This document shows positions 51,699-64,000 of a stretch of DNA of 64,000 nucleotides, one piece after another; the stretch's first letter is position 1; every line of letters begins with the position of its first letter. The stretch lies in NCBI GenBank assembly GCA_010909165.1, contig MU008160.1, positions 868,001 through 932,000 of the forward strand, written 5' to 3'. Below the pieces are notes generated by a model. The model was not told where the DNA came from. It made no database searches and was given only the letters and a program-made list of their open reading frames with translations. Origin of the DNA: Anthoceros angustus. Lineage: Eukaryota; Plantae; Anthocerotophyta. The position numbers were made by a program, and so were the translations under genes.

Positions 51699-52056
51699 CC
51701 CTTTGTTGGTTGGCACCTCATTCGCGTTCAACTTTCTCTTCAAAACTCTTCGTTGGTTGGCGCCTCATTCGAGTTCAACTTTCTCTTCAAAACCCTTCGT
51801 TGGTTGGCATCTCATTCGAGTTCAACTTTCTCTTCAAAACGCTTCGTTGGTTGGCACCTCATTCGAATTCAACCTCCTCTTCAAAACCCTTCGTTGGTTG
51901 GCACCTCATTCGAGATCAACCTCCTCTTCAAAACGCTTCGCTGGTTGGCACCTCATTCGAGTTCAACCTCCTCTTCAAAACACTTCGTTGGTTGGCACAT
52001 CATTCGAGTTCAACTTTCTCTTCAAACCGCTTCATTGGTTGGCACGTCATTTGAAT
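51699..52056. repeat. 47-bp tandem x~7.5
   Basis: cccttcgttggttggcacctcattcgagttcaactttctcttcaaaa units, head-to-tail without spacers. Confidence 0.95.
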
Positions 52057-52436
52057 ACTGATCCAACTGAAGGGTGCTTAACCTAGGAGTTCTTATGTCT
52101 TTGCTATCCAACTCGCTCATCTCAAACTCTTGAATTGAAGAAGAGTATTTATATGCAATTTAGAAATGCATAGATACTTAGAGGTTTCACTAATCACGAT
52201 CTAAGCAAGCGGGGTGTGTTAACCTTGATTAAGGGTTTTGACCAAGCCACTAACCACCTGGAGTGCATGCCTTGATACAATGGATCCGGATGGAACTATC
52301 AACTAGCAAGTCCATCGGAGCGAGTTCGAAGTCCCGATCAAGAGAGAGAAGTACGAACACCTCAGTTCGTGTCTTATGTGTTGCCATTCACAGATCCTTT
52401 AAAGATTGTTGATTGAGTCGTTAGGTTCCTCCGCGG

Positions 52437-52973
52437 ATGTTGATAACCTTTGAAGACGAAGCAAGTGTCCACGATTTGCCGCAACAGGTAGCAATGATGT
52501 CATTGCTGACCTCCCTATCAAGCATCTCTGTGGAAAAGCGGAATGCTGCACAAAAGGGGGTGGCTTTGGTCAACAATCGAGAGAGGCACACTGAAATCAA
52601 TGGATTCGCACCAAGGAGGGCGATGATTGACAACGAAGCACAGCCGGTGATTGTTGGAAGAAGAGTGAAGGAAGCATTGGGTCTCCACCAAGAAAGGTTG
52701 AAGGAAACCAAGTGAAAGATCCAGACCACAACCGGGACTACAGATCATGTGTTTGGGGTGACGAGGTATGCGGTGCACGGTCATTGGGGAAGAACCGGAA
52801 CACACGCCCTCTCTCTCATAGTCTCCAATTTTGAGGTCAACAAAGAAGCGAATATGGCATTTGGGATGCATTCTTTCCTTGATTCAAATATGCATGCGAT
52901 GCCCAATTTTTTGAATGCTGGAGATGGGAGGAGGCAACAAAGCATGCCGCACAACCGTGGCCCAAAACAATGA
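52437..52973 (+). pseudogene. Gypsy aspartic protease fragment of the same family as the DNMT elements
   Basis: GVALVNNRERHTEINGFAPRRAMIDNEAQPVIVG matches GIAMVNNQGREVTVNGFAP..VLVDT at ~5200; later NAGDGRRQQSMP. Confidence 0.75.
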
Positions 52974-53244
52974 CTTTTGGAACAAGACTTGCCCGCATGA
53001 GCCTAGGGAGTGATGGATTAGAGATGGGGTGCACCCATCTACCTTTGAAAGGCCAAAACAAGGAACCCTAAGTATGTGTAAGAGGGAACAACTTTTTTTT
53101 TTCTTAATGAATTTGGAGACTAACCTTCGAATCTAAAATCGCTTATGGCTCCTACCTTACAACTACCTTACAAAATGAATGCAGACCTTTCAATAATAAA
53201 GAGTGAGACACGCACCGCCTTGGCGGCGATCTACGGTCCATGGT

Positions 53245-53575
53245 GTCCAACAAGTCCATGTGAGAGAAGGAACAGTAGTAAACAATGGGTCCCACCCACC
53301 ATTCGGGCACTCGCCTCCAGTCCTCAGCATCCATGTTCGTCGACAAGTCCATGCCATAGCTTCATGTCGCTTTTAGCGAACAGTAATAAACGATGAGACC
53401 CACCTTAGGGGCACCGGCCTCCAGTCCCCATTGTGAATGCTCGTCAACAAGTCCATGCCATAGCTTCATGTCGCACGTAGGGAACAATAGTAAAAAGTGG
53501 GACCCACTTTTAGGGCACCGACCTCGGGTCTAGTGTCCGTGCTTGTCAACAAGTCCATGCCATAGCTTCATGACC
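53245..53575. repeat. ~100-bp degenerate tandem x3-4
   Basis: caagtccatgccatagcttcatg recurs at ~53344, 53448 and 53549, with cccac...gggcac..cctc modules between. Confidence 0.85.
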
Positions 53576-54764
53576 ATGTCCATGCCCCCATGTCCCCATC
53601 CATCATCCTAAGGCGTGGTGGCTTATTAAACCCTACCATGGCTTAAACCCAGGTATAAGAGATGTTGAAAGTTAAAAAGATTTTACTTTAAGAGCGGAGT
53701 ATGATGTCCACATGAATTGAACTCGTGGCTGATGGATGAACAAGAAGGAAAAGTTTGTTTTAGTCCATTTGACATTTAACACTTTTCACTAACAACAACA
53801 ACTTTATTGATGTTCGTTAAGGGTGGAAAGACCACTATGGAACAGAGATAACTAGTACAATGTGAAAGAGGTAAAAACTCAGACTACACATGCGTACGTT
53901 TAATCTAGAAAGACATAAAATATTTTTAAGATAAGAAAAAAAGGAGGAAAAAGATATAAGAGATAAAAAAAAAAGAGGCAGCGCTTTAAGGAATCCAACA
54001 ATGTCTATCAATGATTAAGAAGCTCCGAAGCACAAAAGCAGAGAGCTTAGCGATATGAAAAGAAAAAAATCTACGCAAGGAAAAAGCAGCACATTACAAA
54101 AGAAGAGTGCATCGAGCCTAAATGCGGATGGTTTGCAAGTCGTTAGTTAACGGCGAGCTACTTGAAGCATAATGTTGCGTTGTGAGGTTGAGAGCGCTGA
54201 GAGTTGTGCATGTCTCTAATCAAGAGTGAATTGGCGAGGTCCTAGACCGCTAGGAAGACAATACTTGTCGCTCCTCTACTGGCTACGTAGTAAAGGGCTT
54301 GAATGTTGGAGATTTTTTCGGGCCTAAAATATACTAAATTAAAAGGATAATTAAGGGCTAACTGCTTGAGCAACTTCCAGCGCAATCGAAAACAATGCTG
54401 GAAACAATGATGGTGGAGGTAGTGATGGCGCAAGCGGCTGAGGGAGACATCTCCATCTCTATTTTCCATAGAAGTCCCCTCCCAGGGAATCGCATGCTGG
54501 TAGAAAGTTTGGTCACTGATGGTGTTCTATTCTCTTCGCCACATCAATTGAAGCGCAAGGGCTTCGACATCCCTCTTTCACCGGGATAGAAACATACCAT
54601 TTGGATTCATTCGAGAGAAGGTTTAGCTTCATCACCACTAGCTTTGGATGCTATGGTTGCAATTGTGCTTTCGCTCTGGTCTACAGGAGATAGGGAACCA
54701 AGAAACTAGCCATGTGCCAAAGGCCATGTACAATGTTATATTGCATATAAGAAGTTATATGAGC

Positions 54765-54945
54765 TTGAGGGAAACATCGACTGATTCACCACTGCAAAGT
54801 TTGGAGAAGCAATGCTTGGGATTGGAGATGAGCTTAGAGATTCGAAAGTTATATTATCTTGAGGGAAACATCGACTGATTCACTACTACAAGGATTGGAG
54901 AAGCAATGCCTTGGATTGGAGACGAGCTTAGAGGTTTGATACTTT
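54765..54945. repeat. ~94-bp tandem x2
   Basis: ttgagggaaacatcgactgattcac.act.caa...ttggagaagcaatgc.t.ggattggaga.gagcttagag occurs twice. Confidence 0.88.
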
Positions 54946-56312
54946 TAACCCTCTCAGAATTTCTTAATTCACTCAAATAAAGAATGCCGGAGAAAACAGG
55001 GCATCTGTGGGAAGACAACACTTTCGAGGACATGCAAGCAGGTAGAGCTTCTAGTTGTGTCACATCATGCTCGAGTCTACAACTATCAAGGTTAGGGCAC
55101 GATGCTTGTGGCACAACTTTTGCAATCAGACTAGCAGGGTGTATAGTTTTAACCCAACGTTGATGTAGTGATGGGTTTCGTTCCAGAGGGAATGAACTCG
55201 TACTTATTCTGCCTGAGTTCCAAAACTTATTGCCTGAACGGACTTCATCATATTGGGTTCAGCAGACTCCACAAACCCTAGGCGTGTGCCACTTTGCAAC
55301 TAGACGAACCGGACGCGAAACCCACCGGATCTTCCCACAAACTTTGCTCAGGGTGTCTCAAAACACTGATTAGGGTCCGGCAAACTGAAACAGGTTAGCA
55401 ACGTCCTCCGTCAGTCTCCGTACCCTAGCGGCTGTGCGCAGCTAGTTTCTGGAACACCAACACGTCGACGCATTCACATCGGACCCCCTTTGCTCCTTTC
55501 AACTGCTTCGCGTTCCGTGAGGTAGTGGCTTCTCAGCCTACAACCCCACGGCCTCTACCCCAGCAGCCTCCAGGGGTGGTCTCCACACGAAGGGATCACT
55601 TCCAAGCGCCTCCTTATCCTTTCCAACTTCTTCACGTTCCGCGGAGTAGTGGCTTCTCAGCCTACAACCCCACGACCTCCATTCTAGTAGCCTCCAAGGT
55701 TGGTCTCCCACTGGGGAATCACTCCCGAGCACCACCTGAGCTCATGTCCGATTCTGGTTTGCACTCACCAAGTGTGTTAGCGGAGCTCATCATCAGAGCT
55801 CTCGACACATCCCCCTACCACCAAGGTAACGCAGGGACACACTCTGCTCCTCGAGCACGGAAGGGCAATCGAGGAGCGGAACATGAATCAATAGAGCTAG
55901 TGTGCTTTATCGATTCATATTATTTGAAAAAATAGCAGAAGACATTGAAACGTTGTCCAAAGACATAAGATTAGGCCAGTTTCACGGCCTTCAACGAAAT
56001 TGGTTGTGTTTTATCAAATACACTTAACTCAAGAGCTGCGATGTCACTCATCTGACCGGAATTTGTCCTTCATCCGACAAGATTCTAGCACTTATACGAC
56101 ATTGTAGAGTGCCAAATCCGATGTTCATACCCCCGGCGGCTTGTTTTAGGCGTGTTTTGTTTTTTTTTTTTTGTTGCTACTTTTTAATAGGGATAGGGAG
56201 GAGTTAGCTAGTAAGGGAGTTTTGGCCAGTTTGCACTTAGAGTGCAATCCCTAGACCCTCGGTCGTTGATGACAAGTGTCTTGGGCCGATCCGTCGAGAT
56301 GGGTAATCCGGC

Positions 56313-56620
56313 GAGGGGGAGATGTAGTCTACTAAAGAGAAGCTTGCCAGAGTAGGTCCAAGGAAGTATGCGTCGACGGGTTGGTCTGGCCGGGCGGCGT
56401 AGTCCGGGCGACATAGTCCGGTGAGGGATCCGCTGTTTGGTAGGATAGTCCGGCCGGCGGCGTAGTTTGGTAATGGATCTGCTGCCTGGTGGGGGTGTGG
56501 CCAGTGGAAGAAGTCTGGCAAAACGATGAGTTACAGCCTGGTGATCGCAACGACCTAGAGTTAGGGTACATACAAAGGGGGTTAGATTAGGGTGTGGAGG
56601 AGTATTACAAGGAGGCCTGG
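56313..56620 (+). mobile_element. Possible polypurine tract and LTR start of another retroelement relic
   Basis: gagggggaga immediately followed by TGTAGTC (56323); no partner LTR or coding domain seen. Confidence 0.3.
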
Positions 56621-57970
56621 GCGCCCAAGACCGGGAGACTATCCCTTGTGCCAACTTAATGCTGGAGAGCACGCCCTCAAATTATTTTTTTATAATTAGT
56701 TATGGGCAGAAAATGGTTTGTACCCTTTAGGCGATCAAGAAAAAATCCCTTTGGCGATCAGGGATTAAGATGTAGTTACAAGAGTCTTATGGTAATTTGA
56801 TTCATATTCAAACATACTTAGTATCCCTATAAAACTGGAGACCATAACTTCGCTCACGCGGACCCTATTAGATACACACTCAAACGTGTAAGACATACAG
56901 ACTCAAACATGTGTTGTTTAACACAAAGACATATACATACAGTGAACAATTTCGTGGGCTCGTTCTTGCTATCTCCTATCAAAGGATTCCACCGGTCACG
57001 CTGCCTCGAACATGAAGTCTTATGAGATGTTGTTCCAACACATCTTTGGACCATGCGGTGGTAAGCTAGTACACAGAGGGCCCGCGTGCACCCACTCTGA
57101 GACCAGTACACCGACCTCCAACTTTGAGCATATTGAAACAAATCATTATGAAGATGTGGCTACCGGAATGCCTCCCCAGAGGAATGCAGGAGAACTGCCT
57201 CAACACCTCTTAGCTCATACACTATACACCTTTTCCCACAAACCAACCAAGGAGAGGACTCAACAATAAAGATAACTTGATAGAGCGAAGGGCCATAGCT
57301 CCGCACACGAACTGGCTTGTGATTACAGTCAAAGGCTGCTTTCTTATAGGAGGGCCTACTTCAAACTTCAAAAGTGCACACCTAGTGCTATGGTCCCGTC
57401 CAACTCCCAAGGTCTTTATTTGCTGAAAATCAATTGTGCGCCCATCAACCTCTATCTTTAGCGGTCCGACTCCATAGCACGTACACCAAGGCAGCTGGCC
57501 TAAACAGCCTTTTCCTCTAACAAGCCCCTGTCAAAATTAAGGATATGTTTTGATTATTTTCTCCAGGGCTGCTTCCCTTAGGTGCTGACGTGAACGTGAG
57601 GCTTAAGGATTAAAACATGAAGACTAGGTAGGTACATCAAAAAGTATTTCGTACATCAAGTATTTTGCACATGAACTAGGTACATATTTTGAGTTGTGGG
57701 AAGGGGAAGAGGTGGCCTTGCGCCGCGACGACGAGAGTCCCGGCGTGTTCCCGACGAAGTGACTGGGGGAGCAGCGGGGCAGAGTCAGACAAAGAGAGAG
57801 AGAGAGAGAGGGGGGCAAGGCAAGCAAAGCAAGCTCGCGCCGCAGGCAGAAGAAGCAGGGTCAGGGAGGGTGGCCATGGCGGGAGCCGCTAAGCAGGCGC
57901 TCGGAGACGAGGCGCCGTCCTCGTTCAGCTCCGACTGCAGCAGCACCAGCAGCAGCAACCGCAGCAGCAC

Positions 57971-60900
57971 ATGGATGGCGGCGATCGCTCCAGCTACGGC
58001 ACCGGCGCTGGCGTTGGCGGCAAGGCCAGGTCCGGCGCAGCGCCCAACCGGCGCAAGACGCCCTACGATCGCCCCTCCCAGGGCCGCCACGCCTCAGCAG
58101 GCCCGCACGCCGCCGCGCAAATCAATGGAGCGGCTCCAGGCCCCCCCTCCTCGTCCTCCTGGCTCGGCGCAGGCCTCGTCGGCACCGCCTCCAAGTTCTT
58201 GACCACTAGCGCCTCCTACCTCTTCTCTTCCGTTTTCCGGCGCCGCGAGAATGCCGACACTCCGTTGGCTCTGCCCCATGGCGGCGACACTAGTCCAGGT
58301 ACTGCTCCGAATGTGTTGATCCACTACCTGCCTTCCTGTTTCTCGCCTGCCCACCTGCTTTGTCTTGCTGCTGGAATGGCTAGGTCACCGCTCCGGCGCC
58401 TCGTTCAGCTGTCCTTAGGGGTCGGGTTTCGGCCGCGGCAGCTGCCCAGCTGCTGCGTGCTGCGGTGAGGCAGGCTGGCCCTCTCCAGCATAGTCTGTCG
58501 TGAACTGGCCCTGACTGTATTTTGTGCGTGACTCCTGTGTGGGGGTTTCGTTTTTATGTGACAGTCGAACGGGAAGATAATGGCGACCATGTTGTACAAG
58601 TTTCGCAATCCAAATCTATGGTAGGTTGGTGTTGCTTGTTCGTTACGTTAGTCTCAGTTTTGGTTCTGGAACCGCGACCTAGGTTATGCGGATTTGGAGG
58701 CGCAGCGCGGTTTCTTGTTCATCCTCAGCAAGAAATGGTGGTCACACTGGTTCCTGTCTCTTTTTACAGGAGGTTGGCGATGGGCAGGGAATACCGTCAC
58801 ATCAGCAGCACATCACCGAAACATCTAGGTCGCCTGAATTGTTATGGAGAAAACCGACTCTAACCAGGTGGGGTGGCGCCCATTCCTCAGGCAGTCCAAT
58901 GCAGTTGCTTTAGGTTTCGTGTAAGTGAGTGGTGAGCTTCTGAGTTAGGTCTTGGCCCATTGTTCCAGCTTCTTATGCTTGGGTTTTTTGACTACCAGCG
59001 AGGAGTATATCCGCCTGACCCAAGTACTGCAGTCAAGGCTTGTTGACAATGGGGCTGGTAAGGATCACGTGAGTGGGGACCATGAGATGAAGGGCACTGC
59101 GGATGGGTCTGAAGATGTGCTCGAATATGGGACACCAGTAGGGACCATCAGATGGAGGGATCATGTTGATGATTCTAGGCAAAATGGAAGTCCGCATAAT
59201 GGAGCTGTGGAACCTTTCTTGGCTGCGGCTGGTGGTCGTGAGGTGAGCTTTTTGCCTTCTTGTTTTTGGTTTACTTGAGTTTGAAATCAAGATTAGAGTC
59301 CGCACACTCTTTCTCTAAGAAGCTATCTATTTGATTGTCCTCCGGACACTAAATCATGTCATTCACCTGTACGCAGTTGAATAATGGATCTGATTCGCCT
59401 GTTGAGATTGCAAGGGCCTTCATGGGAGATCGTGTGGCACGAGTACCTGGTTCTTTGTCACCCGCACAAGCACCGCAATTGGCTCCAGCAAACTCTGCTG
59501 ATCCAGGCTCCTCTTCCTTACCTGTCAGCACCAGTGTCGTTGTTAAGAAGTCAGCAACAAATGAGTATTCTCATAATATATTCCAAACACCTGCAATAAC
59601 TTGGTCTTCCAGACCTATCGCAGGGCTTTATGGTACTCCATATAGCAGGCCAAGTCATGGGACGGCTGCAAGAGAGGTAGTATGGTTGCCTTCTCATAGT
59701 TTTGAGTTGATGTGATGTAGGAGTATGCGATTGTGATTTATTTTGAATTGTCTGGGTGCAGCTTTCGGTTAGACCATCACTAGATGGTTCAGCACCTACA
59801 AGGTGGACTCCTATCAGGGCACCCCTTATTAGTGGTCCCCAGGTAAGATTGGTCGCTCTCAGTGTATCATCATGATTTCTACCTGGGAGCTGCAACATAC
59901 TGATGTTGTATTTGCCTATGGCTTGCATTTTTGACTGCAGAGTTTGAAACGGAGGAGCAATGCTCTGGATGATGGCTGGGCTTCAGTGGGTCCCATCAGA
60001 AGAACAAAGCGAAAGTCGACAGTGGCACCCTCTGTAACTGGCTCTGGTCTGTCGAGATCTTTTGGGGAACCGTTGGATAATAATGCAGGTGAAGCAAGAC
60101 TGTCGAAGACAACTTTGCTGGAATCGGACAATAGGAGCAGCCTTTTTGGGGAAAGCTTTTCTGGTAGAGGGAAGACTATTGCTGGCAGTAGTGGTTTGAA
60201 AAAAATAGATGACCGGAAGAATGTGTCAAGTGCAGTAGTACCTGCTCAATCAACTGAGACTGCTCGTAAAATACTGGAGACGTTGGATCGAATGGTACCA
60301 TCCCCTGAGCAGAAGAAGCTGGATGATGAGCTGGCCTGCGTCCGTCGAAAGCCACCTGGTCGTTTGACTGACGATATGCTTAATGATCGGGCCCGGAGGA
60401 GCATGCAGGACTCTGGAGATTTAGATTTAGGGACCCCAGAACTCCAGAGAACAGCAGGTTATTTTTCAGGACAAGCTGCACAAAAATCTACACTAAGTGC
60501 AGCAAATGGGAAAGGTAAAGGTAAAGCGAGTTCGTCTAGCGCGCTCCCTTTTATCTCTGACGAGGGAGCTGCAAGGGTGGAAATGTTCAACTTTGGTCCT
60601 CATGCGGCACCAGATTCTGCAGAAGGTTTTTCAAGGAATCTTAGGTCTCTGGCCCAGGTTGATGCGTCTACTCCTAGCGAGCAGGGTGGCTTTCGGATGA
60701 GTATTGATTCTGATGTAAGTACTTGAGGCTTGAATGCATGTCGTTTGAAAGTTGATTCTGGCTTGTAATTTCACATGATGAGGTTTGGCTTTGTAAATAT
60801 GCTGGTGTAGATCATTTATATACTTGATCAGTTGCAGGGGTCAGACTCAGATCGTGAAGGGGCAAGGAATGTTCAGAAGGCAGTTGGAGGTGTAACAGTT

Positions 60901-63832
60901 CCTTCAGCATCTGTTTCTGGTTTAGGAAGGCCATTTGGTGAGACAACATCATTTGCATTTGATGTCTCGAAAAGCTCCAGCCCAGCCCAGATCCCCATCA
61001 GGTCTGGAATCTCTGGTGCACTTGGTTCTAGTTCGGTCAGAGCTTCAGCTCTGTTCCCTGGTGGAGCACCAGAGTTTCAGAATCCTCAGAGCCCTGATTC
61101 TTCCAGGGGGAAGAGCTCGGGTAGCTTCTCTTTTCAGACTACACCAAGTTTTAATTCCAATCCATCAGAGCCCCCACCAACGCCTAAAGCAATCCCATCA
61201 CCTGCTATGAATGGGGGAGCAGCAGCAGGCAGTATTTCAGAGCTGCCTCTTTTCCAATTTGGTACTGCTACCGCTGAAAAGCCAAGGGTCGTGTTTTCAG
61301 CAATTCCTGGAACAGGACAAACAGGTTCAGTTGGCGATAACAAGAAGCAAAGTCAAATCGTGATCAGGTTGGTTTTTGGATTTACTGCAAAAGATCTCAT
61401 TGTTTGTGGACTGTGCACGGGTAAGAGGGTCCCATGCTTTCATGCAAGTGATGTAGGTGGAAGCTCACTGCAGATGAGGGGCTCGGAGGGTATGGTTTTC
61501 CTGATGTGTGTCCTTGCTTTGTTTTGTGTGCAGCACTGCCACGTCTGCTGCTTTTCCTTCTCTGGCTCAAGTTCCCTTTGAATCAGGAACGTCAACTGCA
61601 AGTGCAGTCAATGCTAGTGTTAGGGCCATTGAAGGGTCCACTAGCACAGCTGTTTCTGTACCAGTTTTGCTGCAGCGTTCTGCTCCTGTCAGTGATCAAA
61701 CTACAACCCCAGCACCTGAAAGCAGTCCTGCAACCGGGTGTTTTGGGGCCTCTAGTGTCAGCACAAGCACCTTTGGGCTGGGCACACCACCCTTTGGTGG
61801 TGCAAGTACATCTGGATTAGGGTCAGCAACCAGCACTTCCAATATCTTTCAAGGTTTTGGTAAGGATGTGACTAATTTGTCAGCTGCCACGGGAAGTGGG
61901 TTCGGCTCTGCTTTGGGAGGTGCTACAACTTTCACAGTGCCAAGCCCTGGGTCTTTGTCTAGGCCACCAGCGGCATTTGCCGTTGGCTCTTCAGGATCAG
62001 GGGTGTTGGGTAGTTCATTTTCATTCGCTGCAAGCACAAGGACCACATCTGGTAGCACTCCTTTCTTTGGCGATGCAGGGCAGCCGATTACAGCAGGAAT
62101 ACCCACTGACATGAAGGACAGCCAACCTGTTATCAGGTTTGTGTTAGTGCTCGCACAAGTTGTGGAAACTGTTTGACAGAAAAACTGCTGCTAAGCTTTG
62201 TTATATCGAGGACCTGTTCAGGGCCATGCTGTTGTCTGCTTTGGAGTTTTATTGTTGTTTCGGAGCCCTAACCTTCTTGTTTACTTTTGCAGTAGTGTAG
62301 GATCATCAACTGCAGTTACTGTTTCTGTGTCAGCTGTGCCTAAACTGGAGACGGGAGAAGTAAAGACCAGTATGCCCTCCGTGAGTACGTCAGCAGGAGC
62401 AGCATCATCAGCAGTACTTCCTTCGAGTACGACATTGAGCAGCTTTCCTGTGGCTGCTGGCACATCACCTTTCTTTGGAGGCACCCCATCAGCTGGTATG
62501 TTTGGAGCTCAGAATGCTAGCTCTGGCAGTTCTGGCCTGGGATCTTCGGGTTTTGATGCTAGCACCTCAGTATTTGGGTCAGCAGCTACTTATACACCAA
62601 GCTCTCACGCTATTAAGAAGGATATGGTAACTGCAGCACCATCTACGGCGTCAGCTTTTGCTACTGCTTTTGAAGGGGCTTCCTCATCTCTGGCACCAAA
62701 CTCCGTCTTTGGTGAGAGTTCATCCAAAACACAAGCACCATTTACTTTTGGGTCATCTGCAGCGGGATCATCAGCAAGCTTATACTCATTCGCAAGCAAA
62801 GCTACAGCTACTAGTACTGGCTTTCCTTCTACTGTTAAGTCTCCAGAGGCAACAGGGACGAGTTCACAGCCTACCTTTGGAATGGCCAATCCGAGCCCAG
62901 CACTTGTGGCCAGTTCCGTGAATGGAGTTTTGCCGACTGATACAGGTGGTGAGCATACTAGCATGGAAGAGATGGCTGAAGAACCGTCTATCCCAGTATC
63001 TGGTCAAGTATCCATTTTTCAGCATCCTTCAACACCATCCTCCGGTTTTATGTTTGGCCAGCAGGGTACATCTTCGGTGCAGTCGCCTCTGTTCGGGCAG
63101 CCACCTGCTCCCACAGTTCAAGCTCCTCAGTTTGGATCGGCAGCATCCTCAGGACAAGCTTCTCTCTTCAGGTCATCGTCAGTGTCTGCAGGACAAGCTC
63201 CTGTGTTTGGGCAAGCAGCAGGTTCCACAGGACAAGCTCCTGTGTTTGGGCAAGCATCAGCTTCCGCTGGACAACCTCCAGTTTTTGGGCAAACATCAGC
63301 TTCCACTGGACAAACTCCAGTTTTTGGGCAACCATCAGCTTCCACTGGACAAACTCCTGTGTTTGGGCAGCCAACCGCAGCTACGGGGCAAGCTCCATTT
63401 GGCCAGCCTACTGCTCTCACGGGACAAACTCCTTTTGGCCAGGCTACTGTTCCTACTGGACAAACTCTGTTTGGCCAGGCTACTGCTCCCACTGGACAAA
63501 CTCTGTTTGGCCAGGCTACTGCTCCCATTGGGCAAACTCCGTTTGGCAGTGCTCCTCCAGTGCAGCCCCCTGTATTTGGCCTGCCAAATGCTCCTTCAGG
63601 TCAACCTCCTTTATTTGGTCAGCCCAGTACTTCATTATTTAGCCAGCCAAGTGCTCCTAGCGGACAGTCAGAAGTCTTCTCTTTCTCAGCCCAGTCTAGT
63701 TCCTTTGAAGCAGGGGCACAAAATCCTTTTTCAGCTGGTTTCTCAATGGGAGCCGGTGGCCCTGACCAGAGGCAGGGTCGCAAGTTCGTTAAGGCTAATA
63801 AGAGGATAGGTGGTCAGAGGAGAGGGAGGTGA
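57971..63832 (+). CDS. NUP1: Nuclear basket FG-nucleoporin NUP1/NUP136-like, ~8-9 exons
   Basis: N-terminal YGTGAGVGGKARS...RRKTPYDRP; conserved VEIARAFMG and SVGPIRRTKRK, TARKILETLDRM blocks; Ser/Thr-rich FG repeats; C-terminal FSMG...RKFVKANKR basic tail. Confidence 0.88.
63190..63545 (+). repeat. Coding FG-repeat array (39-bp then 36-bp units) in NUP1
   Basis: GQ(A/P/T)PVFGQ.S(A)ST 13-aa units followed by GQT(P/L)FGQAT.PT 12-aa units. Confidence 0.85.
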
Positions 63833-64000
63833 CATCACTGTTTGCTTGCTTAGCCTCTAGGTGTCCTTATTGGCACGTAACTTGCAAGCAGTGCTGTTCA
63901 GTGACTTGCGGATCCATTAGGTCTTGGAGGTTGAGCTGTATGAGGTGCATTGCCTTGCATTAGATGGCTCAGGTTAAGTGGAAGTCGCTGCTCCTTGAAG

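Larger units (their letters stand above)
50068..52400 (+). mobile_element. Probable LTR/5' leader of a gypsy element with internal tandem arrays
   Basis: Abrupt switch at TGTGATAC (50068) from GC-rich CRE sequence to AT-rich sequence; leads into the protease fragment at 52437; no matching 3' LTR or TSD found. Confidence 0.45.

Noticed and set aside
51699-52056. CRISPR-like array (47-bp repeats)
   Set aside because: Units are head-to-tail with no unique spacers, the context is eukaryotic, and no cas genes are present.
51561-52086. Protein-coding ORFs of 114-166 aa
   Set aside because: Artefacts of the stop-poor 47-bp repeat cycling through all frames.

Overview
Eukaryotic plant nuclear DNA, most likely a hornwort (Anthoceros-like). 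This is an inference from ~100-bp introns and from PLS-PPR genes ending in the DYW:KP variants GRP and DRH plus a 'WW' PG-box variant. Host genes: PRP8 (18 exons, minus), an MCTP/FTIP-type multi-C2 protein (14 exons, plus), NUP1/NUP136-like nucleoporin (plus), and four PLS-class PPR editing-factor loci. Two of those are putative U-to-C DYW:KP factors carrying an N-terminal OSB-type PDF motif. The headline observation is a ~10.2-kb Ty3/gypsy LTR retrotransposon (2760-12949, 4-bp TSD GATT, inserted into a CRE-like LINE). Its pol region runs protease - C5 cytosine DNA methyltransferase (DNMT3-like, catalytic motif GWEC) - RT - RNase H - integrase - PHD finger. A second, diverged, open-frame copy of the same methyltransferase lies at 44345-45781, joined to another CRE-like LINE. 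A third family fragment (protease) at ~52.4-53 kb follows an LTR-like start that also interrupts a CRE copy. All motif calls are by eye; no database searches were run. Frameshifts are concentrated in repeated sequence and may partly be assembly errors.
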